A stretch of DNA of 64,000 nt, from assembly GCA_963588055.1 (NCBI GenBank), contig CAVAGB010000009.1:1803-65802 (forward strand). The letters run 5' to 3'. Source of the stretch: Erysipelotrichaceae bacterium (GTDB lineage Bacteria > Bacillota_I > Bacilli_A > RFN20 > CAG-826). Of the stretch, positions 19,387-27,425 are shown in pieces (position 1 is the first letter of the stretch; each line of letters starts with the position of its first letter). The notes under the pieces are model-generated. The model made no database searches. It worked only from the letters and a program-made list of their open reading frames with translations, and had not been told where the DNA came from. The translations under genes and the position numbers were made by a program.

Positions 19387-19583
19387 CCTAGCAAAATTGG
19401 TGCTTCTTTCTTCACACGCATAAGAGTACAATCCTTTTCGGCTCTCTCCCAAAGGGAGAAGAGCTAATACGCACCCCGTGGATTCAGCGCCGTGTTCCTA
19501 CCGGGCCGAAGCAGGCTCAAAAATCGGTTAGGTGGTCAGCTGTTCGAAGCGAGGGAGGCATAAACAAATGGAGGTCACCAAGA

Positions 19584-20615
19584 ATGAGTGACGAAACGAA
19601 AGTTGAGGCTGTCGTTGACGCAGCCCCCGCGGCGGAAGCCGCACCGGTCGAACCGACCATGGCGGAGATCATCCGTGATCCCAACGCCCCCATCATCACG
19701 ATGAAGAAGGCCCTCGAAGCAGGCGCCCACTTCGGACATCAGACCCGTCGCTGGAACCCCAAGATGAACAAATTCATCTATGGTGCTCGTAACGGCATCT
19801 ACATCATCGACCTCGCCAAGACCGTCTCCAAGACCGAGGTTGCCTACAACGCTCTTAAGTCCATCGTCGAAGCGGGCGGAAAAGTCCTCTTCGTCGGCAC
19901 CAAGACCCAGGCCCAGCAAATCGTCATCGACGAAGCCGTTCGCTCTGGCTCCTTCTACATCACCAACCGCTGGCTCGGCGGGACCCTCACGAACTTCCGC
20001 ACCATCCAAGGCCGCATCAAGAGGCTTCGCGATTTAGAAGCCGCCGCCGATGATGGCTCTTGGGAGAAACTCCCCAAGAAGGAAGTCGCCCTCCTCCGCA
20101 AAGAACTCGCCAAACTTCAGAAGAACCTCGAAGGCATCAAAGAGATGCGTCGCGTTCCTAACGCGATCGTCCTCGCAGATCCGACCGTCGAGCACAACGC
20201 CGTCCTCGAAGCCCATAAGCTCAACATCCCCGTCTTCGCGATCTGCGACACCTCGGATGATCCGGATGCCGTTGACTTCCCCATCCCGTCCAATAACGAT
20301 GCCACCTCCGCCATCAAACTCCTGATCGGTGCTCTCGCTGACGCCGTCGTCGAAGCCCGTGGCGGTCTCACCACCGTCGCCCACGTCAAGGACGAAGGCG
20401 AAGAAGCCACCATGGCCGACGCCATCAAGGTCGCTGACATCGCCGCCGAGCAGCATCGTGCCGCCGTCCGCGCCGCTCGCAAAGCCCGCGAAGAACGCTA
20501 TGCCAAGATGCAGGCTGAGCGCAACGCCCGCTTCGCCGCTCGCAAAGCCGAAGCCGCCAAAGCCGCCGCTAACAAAGACGCCCCCGTTTCCGCTCCCGTG
20601 GAGGAAAAGAAGTAA
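19584..20615 (+). CDS. rpsB: 30S ribosomal protein S2 with N- and C-terminal extensions
   Basis: Core block GAHFGHQTRRWNPKM. SD GGAGG lies 10 nt upstream. It is 343 aa long, against about 250 aa typically. Confidence 0.9.
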   Translation: MSDETKVEAVVDAAPAAEAAPVEPTMAEIIRDPNAPIITMKKALEAGAHFGHQTRRWNPKMNKFIYGARNGIYIIDLAKTVSKTEVAYNALKSIVEAGGKVLFVGTKTQAQQIVIDEAVRSGSFYITNRWLGGTLTNFRTIQGRIKRLRDLEAAADDGSWEKLPKKEVALLRKELAKLQKNLEGIKEMRRVPNAIVLADPTVEHNAVLEAHKLNIPVFAICDTSDDPDAVDFPIPSNNDATSAIKLLIGALADAVVEARGGLTTVAHVKDEGEEATMADAIKVADIAAEQHRAAVRAARKAREERYAKMQAERNARFAARKAEAAKAAANKDAPVSAPVEEKK

Positions 20616-21451
20616 TGGCCGTCACGATTCAAGCTATCAAAGCCCTCCAGGATCGCACTGGCGCGGGCATCATGGATTGCAAGAAGGCTCTCGTCGAAGC
20701 TAATGGCGACGAAGAGAAAGCCATCGACATCCTCCGCGAAAAAGGCATCGCCAAAGCCGCCGCCAAAGCCGGCAGGACAGCCGCCGAAGGCGTCGCCTCC
20801 ATCGGCTTGAGTGATGACAAGAAGACCGCCGTCGTGGTTGAGATCAACTGCGAGACCGACTTCGTCTCCGGCTCCCCGAAATTCCATGAGATCGTCGACA
20901 AGATCGTCGCTCGCCTCCTTGAGAAGCAGCCCGCCGACCTTGAAGGCGCGCAGAAAGCGACCGAGGACATCTTCACCGACGCCGTCGTCGCGATGAGGGA
21001 GAACTTCGTCTTCCGCCGTTACCTCATCCTCCATGCCAATGGCGATGAGGCCTTCGGCAAATACATCCACGCCGGCGGAAAGATCGCCGCCCTCGTCGAA
21101 ATCAGCAAAGACATGGGCGATGAGATGAACAAAGGCCTCGCGATGACCGTCGCCTCTTCCTCTCCTGAGTATCTCACTCTCGCCGATGTTCCCGCCGAAG
21201 CGAAAGCCAGGGAACTCGCGATCGCCGAGAAGGAAGTCGCCGAAGATCCTAAGCTCGCCTCCAAGCCCGACCAGGTCAAAGCGACCATCGCTCAGCGCAA
21301 AGTCGATTCGCGCCTCGGCGATGCTTGCCTTGGCAGCAAAGCCTATGCGCTTGATATGTCTGGTAAGCTAAGCGTCGATCAGCTCGCGAAGGAAAAAGGC
21401 TTCAAAGTCATCACCTTCGTCCGCTATGAAGTCGGACAGCTCTCCAAGTAA
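20615..21451 (+). CDS. tsf: Elongation factor Ts
   Basis: N-terminal UBA-like block LQDRTGAGIMDCKKAL. The start is coupled to the rpsB stop. Confidence 0.9.
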   Translation: MAVTIQAIKALQDRTGAGIMDCKKALVEANGDEEKAIDILREKGIAKAAAKAGRTAAEGVASIGLSDDKKTAVVVEINCETDFVSGSPKFHEIVDKIVARLLEKQPADLEGAQKATEDIFTDAVVAMRENFVFRRYLILHANGDEAFGKYIHAGGKIAALVEISKDMGDEMNKGLAMTVASSSPEYLTLADVPAEAKARELAIAEKEVAEDPKLASKPDQVKATIAQRKVDSRLGDACLGSKAYALDMSGKLSVDQLAKEKGFKVITFVRYEVGQLSK

Positions 21452-21462
21452 GCTGCTCTTCT

Positions 21463-21496
21463 AGGGCCCCTGGGCATACCGGGGGCCCTTTCTTTT
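21463..21496 (+). terminator. Rho-independent terminator after tsf
   Basis: Stem AGGGCCCC / GGGGCCCT followed by TTCTTTT. Confidence 0.55.
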
Positions 21497-21522
21497 ACCC
21501 TTTAATCGCGTGGGCGTTCCGT

Positions 21523-21537
21523 TATAATTACCCCCGG
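21523..21537 (+). promoter_or_regulatory. -10 box (TATAAT) plus conserved TACCCCCGG element upstream of pyrH
   Basis: TATAAT at 21523-21528. The ATG at 21539 lies 10 nt downstream with no SD. The motif is shared with sites at 33125 and 53551. Confidence 0.4.
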
Positions 21538-21538
21538 T

Positions 21539-22261
21539 ATGAAATCCATTTACAGAAGAATCATTATCAAACTCTCAGGCGAGGCTTTGGCTGATGCCTC
21601 TGACGGTTCTATCTTCGATAAGAAGAAACTCGAGAACATCGCCAACGTCGTGAAAGATATCCACGATGCTGGCGTGCAAATCGGCATAGTCGTGGGTGCG
21701 GGCAACATCTGGCGCGGACGCATGGCCGACAAAATCGGGATCGAGCAGGCCCAAGCCGATTACATGGGCATGCTTGGGACGATCATGAACGGCATGGCCA
21801 TCCAGAATGCCCTTGAGCAAAAAGGGCTTATCACGCGAGTGATGTCCGCGATCAACGTGCCTCAATGCTGCGAGCCCTATATCCGCAGAAAAGCCATCGC
21901 CCATATGGAAAATGACAAGATTGTCATCTTCGCCGGCGGCACAGGCAACCCTTATTTCACAACCGATTCCTGTGCGACACTCCGCGCCCTCGAAGTGAAA
22001 GCCGACGCGATCCTCATGGCCAAAAACGGCGTGGACGGCGTTTACGATTCCGATCCAAGGAAGAACAAAGACGCGAAGCTCCTTCCTGAGCTCACCTACC
22101 ATGAGGTGGTGGAAAAGCAGCTCTCAGTAATGGATTTGACCGCGGTAGCAATGCTCGATGGGAAAGATGTCGTCGTGCGTGTGTTCAACATGGATAAGCC
22201 CTCTTCCTTCTTGGAAGTGCTAGAAGGCAAGAAAATCGGTACAATCATCCATAAGGAATAA
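21539..22261 (+). CDS. pyrH: UMP kinase
   Basis: Motifs IIKLSGEAL and VVGAGNIWRG. Confidence 0.9.
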   Translation: MKSIYRRIIIKLSGEALADASDGSIFDKKKLENIANVVKDIHDAGVQIGIVVGAGNIWRGRMADKIGIEQAQADYMGMLGTIMNGMAIQNALEQKGLITRVMSAINVPQCCEPYIRRKAIAHMENDKIVIFAGGTGNPYFTTDSCATLRALEVKADAILMAKNGVDGVYDSDPRKNKDAKLLPELTYHEVVEKQLSVMDLTAVAMLDGKDVVVRVFNMDKPSSFLEVLEGKKIGTIIHKE

Positions 22262-22281
22262 AGATTGATAAGGAGAAAGAT

Positions 22282-22827
22282 ATGGATCCCTATGTTAAAG
22301 AGGTAACTGACAAGATCGCGAAGAGCCTGGATAGCTTCCGCACCGGGCTTACCAAGCTTCGTTCCGGCAGAGCGAACCCCGCCATGCTCAACGGCATCAC
22401 CTGCGATTACTATGGCGAGAGGATGGAGATCTCTTCCCTCTCTTCCATCTCAATGCCTGAGCCTCGCCAGCTTCTGGTGAAGCCCTATTCAAGAGAAGAC
22501 CTCAAAGCCATCGCGGCCGGCATCGCCGCCGCCAACATCGGGGTCAATCCTCAGATCGAGGCTGACGCCATTCGCATCGTCGTTCCCCCGATGACGGAGG
22601 AAATAAGAAAGGATACCGCGAAGAAGTGCAAAGCGCTTGGCGATGATGCCAAAGTAAGCATTCGCAACATCCGCCGCGATACCCTCTCGCTCTTAAAAGA
22701 CGACGATACTTATTCCGATGACCTTCGCGACCGCTTGGAAGAGGAAATCCAAAAAGAAGTCGATAAGGGCAATAAGGAGATTGATTCCATTGTCGCTGAG
22801 AAGACAAAGGAAATCATGACCATCTGA
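22282..22827 (+). CDS. frr: Ribosome recycling factor
   Basis: Block RSGRANPAMLNGI. 181 aa. Confidence 0.9.
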   Translation: MDPYVKEVTDKIAKSLDSFRTGLTKLRSGRANPAMLNGITCDYYGERMEISSLSSISMPEPRQLLVKPYSREDLKAIAAGIAAANIGVNPQIEADAIRIVVPPMTEEIRKDTAKKCKALGDDAKVSIRNIRRDTLSLLKDDDTYSDDLRDRLEEEIQKEVDKGNKEIDSIVAEKTKEIMTI

Positions 22828-22840
22828 TCTTGATGTTTCA

Positions 22841-22868
22841 AAGCAGGGCAAAACCTGCTTTTTATTTT
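22841..22868 (+). terminator. Rho-independent terminator after frr
   Basis: Stem AAGCAGG / CCTGCTT with loop GCAAAA, followed by TTTTATTTT. Confidence 0.6.
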
Positions 22869-22994
22869 GGTTTGTTGGGGTTTTGCGGGGGTTTTCGCAT
22901 GGAGTTGCATTGGTTCGACCCGCATTCAGCTTTTTTGCCGCAACCGTATCAGGATTCTTTTTAAATAGCCCTTTGGGCTATATAATTCCCCTAA

Positions 22995-23738
22995 ATGAAA
23001 TCCAAGGCCCCCTCCAGCTTCAAACTCACTAAGAAATGCGATCACGTCGCTTTCATCATGGATGGGAATGGGAGATGGGCCAAGCTACGCGGCTTGCCTC
23101 GCTATTTTGGACATCATGAAGCCTGCAACCGCATTATCGAGATATTTGAAACCTGCCGCGAGTTCAACATCAAGTGCATGTCCTTCTATGCTTTCTCGAC
23201 CGAGAATTGGAACCGCCCTCAGGATGAGATTGACCATCTGATGGATTATCTTGAGGAATTCTTCCACAAAGAAATCGATTACCTTGATTCAATCGGCACC
23301 CAGATTCGGGTTTCCGGTGATCTCTCAAGGATTCGTGAGAGGACCAGGCTCGTTTGCCAAAACGCCATCGATCGCACGAAGGACAATAAGAATTGGGTCA
23401 TCAATGTTTGCCTCAATTACGGTGGGCGCGACGACATCGTGAGAGCCGCGAAGAAAATTGCCGAAGACTACAAGGGCGGTATTATAAAAGACCTCTCCGA
23501 AATCGATGAAGCGTCTTTCTCTTCTTATCTTTACACCTCTGGTTTGCCCGATGTCGATCTGATGATCCGCACCTCAGGGGAAGAGAGGCTTTCCAATTAT
23601 CTGCTCTATCAAAACGCCTACGCCGAATTCGTTTTTACCCCGACGAAATGGCCCGACTTCAAAAGGAATGAGCTTATCAAATGCCTGCAGGAGTTCCAAG
23701 AAAGGAATAGACGCTACGGAGGGCTGAAGAATGAATGA
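22995..23738 (+). CDS. uppS: Undecaprenyl diphosphate synthase
   Basis: Motifs HVAFIMDGNGRWA and FSTENWNRP. Confidence 0.9.
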   Translation: MKSKAPSSFKLTKKCDHVAFIMDGNGRWAKLRGLPRYFGHHEACNRIIEIFETCREFNIKCMSFYAFSTENWNRPQDEIDHLMDYLEEFFHKEIDYLDSIGTQIRVSGDLSRIRERTRLVCQNAIDRTKDNKNWVINVCLNYGGRDDIVRAAKKIAEDYKGGIIKDLSEIDEASFSSYLYTSGLPDVDLMIRTSGEERLSNYLLYQNAYAEFVFTPTKWPDFKRNELIKCLQEFQERNRRYGGLKNE

Positions 23739-24885
23739 CGAGAATGAAGATCTAGAGACCATTACGCCCGCCCAAGAAGCCGAGTTGCCTGAACGCGTCC
23801 GCGTGGGTGTGATTGAGGTCAACAAAATCTCCGAGAAAGGCAAAAAGTCCACCCGCAGCCGTCTTTTGGTCGCGCTTATCATGATTGCCATCGCTTTGCC
23901 TTGCTTGATTTTTGGAGGCTGGTTCTGGTTCACTTTGGTTACCGTCGCCGGCGCGATGGCGGGTTATGAAATCATCAAAGCCCCCCAGAAAAAGGCCCAA
24001 TGGTACGTCTACGTAATCGTCTATATTTTCTTATTCCTCATCACGAACTGGGCTTTCTTCAAGAACTATGGCGACAGCCTCGTCGCCCAATATGAGGAAT
24101 ACGGATACATCAAGGATTTCTCTTTTTCGCTCGAAGATGATTACTTCTCTAGCGGATATGGAGTCAATGGAAACTCCGTGTGCATCTCGCCTATCGTCCT
24201 TGGCGCCATGATTCTCGTCTTCTTCTGGCTTTCCATCGCCCAAGAGACCTTCTCCTTCACCGATATTTGTTATTACTTCACGATGGTGGTACTCGTCGGA
24301 TTGGGCTTGCAGGCTGCCCTCTATCTCCGTTATGTGCCTTTCGTCTCCAACCCAGCCAAACTCATTTGGCAAACAAGCGAACCTGGCTTCCGTTTCCTAC
24401 AAAGCCTAGAGCTCGTGACTTTCGCTGCCCTTGGAGCCCTGCTTAACGACACTTTCGCCTATTTCGGAGGCATGCTTTTCGGACGCCACCACATGAACCC
24501 AAGGGTCTCGCCTAAGAAAACTTGGGAAGGCTTCTTCATAGGTTGGGGGATGACCACGGCCGTGCTTTGCGCTTATGCATTCACCTTCTCCTATTTCAAG
24601 TTGGATATGCTTCCAGGCGTCTTCGACATGGATCATTGGTACATGATCGTGATCGCCTCTTTGCTGATGCCTGGGCTCGGCGATCTCGGGGATCTTTCTT
24701 TTTCCCTAATCAAACGCCATTTCGGCTTTAAGGATTACAGCCATGTTCTTGGCCCCCACGGCGGGGTCCTCGATAGGATCGATAGCTGCCTCTTCGCTGT
24801 ATTGGGTCTTTCGGTCTTGGCGATGATCGGCATCTATTGGATGGAGCCGGAGCCTAAGCTCCTGCTCTCCTTGCTTACCTGGTGA
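23731..24885 (+). CDS. cdsA: Phosphatidate cytidylyltransferase with a long N-terminal extension
   Basis: CTP-transferase signature SLIKRHFGFKDYSHVLGPHGGVLDRIDS. It is 384 aa long, against about 265 aa typically. Confidence 0.8.
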   Translation: MNDENEDLETITPAQEAELPERVRVGVIEVNKISEKGKKSTRSRLLVALIMIAIALPCLIFGGWFWFTLVTVAGAMAGYEIIKAPQKKAQWYVYVIVYIFLFLITNWAFFKNYGDSLVAQYEEYGYIKDFSFSLEDDYFSSGYGVNGNSVCISPIVLGAMILVFFWLSIAQETFSFTDICYYFTMVVLVGLGLQAALYLRYVPFVSNPAKLIWQTSEPGFRFLQSLELVTFAALGALLNDTFAYFGGMLFGRHHMNPRVSPKKTWEGFFIGWGMTTAVLCAYAFTFSYFKLDMLPGVFDMDHWYMIVIASLLMPGLGDLGDLSFSLIKRHFGFKDYSHVLGPHGGVLDRIDSCLFAVLGLSVLAMIGIYWMEPEPKLLLSLLTW

Positions 24886-24887
24886 TT

Positions 24888-26054
24888 ATGGAAGAGGTCT
24901 TGCTATTGGGGGCGAGCGGTTCGATTGGGACGCAAAGCCTCGATGTTTTGGAAAAATATCCCTCTCGGTTCTGCCTCAAAGGAATTTCGATTGGCCACCA
25001 AATCGACAAAATCCCTGCAATTCTCAAACGTTTTCCTAGCATCAGCCATGTTTGCGTGCAGGAAGAGAAAGATTACGCTGCCCTGAAAGAACAATATCCT
25101 TCCTTGACTTGGCACTTCGGGGATGATGGGCTAGTCTCCATCATCGAGGAATGCCCTTGCCAGAAGGTCGTGAATTCTTTGGTGGGGTTCGCAGGGCTCA
25201 TTCCTTCCTTAACGGCCTTAAATCAAGACAAGATTCTTTGCCTCGCGAACAAAGAGTCCCTCGTCGTCGGCGGGGAGCTTATCCAAAAGGCCCTGGATAG
25301 CGGCAAAGGGAAGCTTTACCCCATCGATTCGGAGCATGTCGCGATTGCCAAGCTCCTTTCCTGCATTGAGCCTGATCAACTTAGCAAGGTTTTGATCACC
25401 GCCTCGGGCGGATCGCTTCGCGGCAAATGCAGATGCGAGCTTCGCAACGTCACCCCCGAGAGGGCTTTGTCCCATCCCACTTGGAGCATGGGCGCGAAGA
25501 TAACCATCGACTCGGCTACGATGATGAACAAAGGCTTTGAGGTCATCGAAGCCATCCGCCTCTTCCATCTTCCTTTGGAGCAAATCGAGATCTTAATGCA
25601 CGATGAATCTTGGGTGCATTCTTTGGTATTGCTCAAAGACGGCTCTTATCTAGCCGACGTTTCAAAGCCTGATATGCGCGGCCCCATCGAATACGCGCTT
25701 CTGAACGGCGAAGTGGATTTCACCCCCGTCAAAGTGATGAGGCTAGGCGAACTCGAACCATACCATTTCCACAAATTCGACCCCAAGCGTTACTTGGCTC
25801 CGGGCATCGCACTTGATGCTTATCGGAAAGGCGGGACCTGCACGGCGACGCTCAACGCTGCCAACGAAGAGGCCGTATATGCATTCTTGGCGGGAAAAAT
25901 CGCTTTCTTGGACATCGATACGATCGTCCGCAGCGCGATCAACTCGATGCCGATCACGCAGAATCCATCTTTGAGGCAGATCCGCTCCGCGGATGCCTAC
26001 GCTAGGCTGTTCGTGCAAAAGAAAATCGAAAGGAGAGGGGCATGGAGATACTGA
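24888..26054 (+). CDS. dxr: 1-deoxy-D-xylulose 5-phosphate reductoisomerase
   Basis: Motifs LLGASGSIGTQSLDV, LANKESLV and PIDSEH. Confidence 0.9.
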   Translation: MEEVLLLGASGSIGTQSLDVLEKYPSRFCLKGISIGHQIDKIPAILKRFPSISHVCVQEEKDYAALKEQYPSLTWHFGDDGLVSIIEECPCQKVVNSLVGFAGLIPSLTALNQDKILCLANKESLVVGGELIQKALDSGKGKLYPIDSEHVAIAKLLSCIEPDQLSKVLITASGGSLRGKCRCELRNVTPERALSHPTWSMGAKITIDSATMMNKGFEVIEAIRLFHLPLEQIEILMHDESWVHSLVLLKDGSYLADVSKPDMRGPIEYALLNGEVDFTPVKVMRLGELEPYHFHKFDPKRYLAPGIALDAYRKGGTCTATLNAANEEAVYAFLAGKIAFLDIDTIVRSAINSMPITQNPSLRQIRSADAYARLFVQKKIERRGAWRY

Positions 26055-27412
26055 CTACAATCGGGAACATCGTCTTGATGCTCGTCATCCTCGGTGTTTT
26101 GATTTCGATCCACGAGGCAGGGCATCTCGCCGCGGCGAAAGCGTTCCACGTCTATTGCTTCGAATACTCAATCGGCTTTGGGCCCGCCATCATCAGGAAG
26201 AAGCGCGAAAAAGGGGAGACCTACTTTAAACTTTGTGTGCTTCCTTTCGGCGGCTATGTGTCGATGTATGGCGAGCCGGGAGTCGTTCCAGATGGCGTAG
26301 AGGTTCCTGAGGAATCGCGTTCCTTGGAGCGCATCCCAAAATGGAAGAAATCCATCGTTTTGCTCGCGGGGGTGACGATGAACTTCGCTCTTGGGCTCGT
26401 TTTGATTTACGTCTCTGCCTGCTGCCCCCATTACTATTCGGCTTATAAGTCGGATGCGGAGATCTCCCTCACCTCTGAGGTCAAAACCGCTTGCTATTAC
26501 CTGACCCCGACCTACAGTGAGGAAATCAAAAGCTTCCTTGAAACCCCTGAGGAAGGCAAAGAGACGTACAAAGCCGAGGATTACGTCCTCTTCCTTTCCC
26601 ATCAAGAGACTTCTGGGGGAACCCTGTACGGCTTCGGGCTCAGTTCAGGCGTCACCGTCACGGGGATGAGCGAGAAGTACGTCATGACCTTCGTCCCTCA
26701 GAACCTCGTGAGCGGCAAAGATCTTTCCGAGTCCGTTTATTATTATCTTGAAGGAGATGATGTCAGTGGTTATGAGACCCTTGGAATCACCAAAGGCGCG
26801 AAACTCACTTCCGAATACCTCAGTTTCAGCAACTTGGGGAATGGGGCTAAGATCACCATCCCTCAATTGACTTTCCTACCCATCAAATCTGAGAAGATCA
26901 ACAAAGATTGGCAAAGCGCATATGCTAATCGCAAAACCATCACGAATTTGGAGATCAGCATCGATAACGGCAAAGCCACTTCGACCGGCATCTATCTTCC
27001 TCCGATTGAGCAGACCTTAAGCTTCCAGGAGACCTGGGGCGAATGGGCGAGGCTAGTGCCTTATTCTTGCGGAGCGGTCGTTCAAGGAATTGGCTCCCTC
27101 TTCACAGGGGGGTTTGAGAATCTCTCTGGCATCGTGGGCATGACCGCCGCATTGCCTTCGGTCGAGGCGATGGGAGGAGTGGGCTATGTCTTCCTTTATG
27201 CTGGGCTTATCTCCATCAACCTCGCTTTCTTCAATTTGCTTCCCTTCCCTGGCTTGGACGGCTGGGCGCTTCTAGTGACCGTGATAGAAGGGGTCAGCAA
27301 GAAGAAAGTGCCTGAGAAAGTGAAATCGATCGTCTCTTACGTCGGGCTTGGCCTGCTGCTGATTCTGATGGTGGCCATCATGGTCAAAGACATCGTTCAG
27401 CTTATCGTGTGA
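26042..27412 (+). CDS. rseP: RIP zinc metalloprotease RseP/RasP (M50 family)
   Basis: HExxH motif HEAGHLAAAK and C-terminal NLLPFPGLDG. Confidence 0.85.
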   Translation: MEILTTIGNIVLMLVILGVLISIHEAGHLAAAKAFHVYCFEYSIGFGPAIIRKKREKGETYFKLCVLPFGGYVSMYGEPGVVPDGVEVPEESRSLERIPKWKKSIVLLAGVTMNFALGLVLIYVSACCPHYYSAYKSDAEISLTSEVKTACYYLTPTYSEEIKSFLETPEEGKETYKAEDYVLFLSHQETSGGTLYGFGLSSGVTVTGMSEKYVMTFVPQNLVSGKDLSESVYYYLEGDDVSGYETLGITKGAKLTSEYLSFSNLGNGAKITIPQLTFLPIKSEKINKDWQSAYANRKTITNLEISIDNGKATSTGIYLPPIEQTLSFQETWGEWARLVPYSCGAVVQGIGSLFTGGFENLSGIVGMTAALPSVEAMGGVGYVFLYAGLISINLAFFNLLPFPGLDGWALLVTVIEGVSKKKVPEKVKSIVSYVGLGLLLILMVAIMVKDIVQLIV

Positions 27413-27425
27413 GGAGTGTGCGTCT

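Noticed and set aside
19470-19560. The segment CCTACCGGGCCGAAGCAGGCTC...GGTCAGCTGTTCGAAGCGAGG upstream of rpsB vaguely resembles the SRP RNA helix 8 consensus.
   Set aside because: The conserved GGAA tetraloop context and the AGCAGCC strand are not reproduced. The position directly upstream of the rpsB SD fits a 5' leader better.
22877-22898. Tandem GGGGTTTTGC / GGGGGTTTTCGC (telomere-like G4T4 units) after the frr terminator, a possible G-quadruplex or repeat element.
   Set aside because: There are only two units and only two or three G tracts, which is too few for an intramolecular quadruplex. No further copies were noticed.
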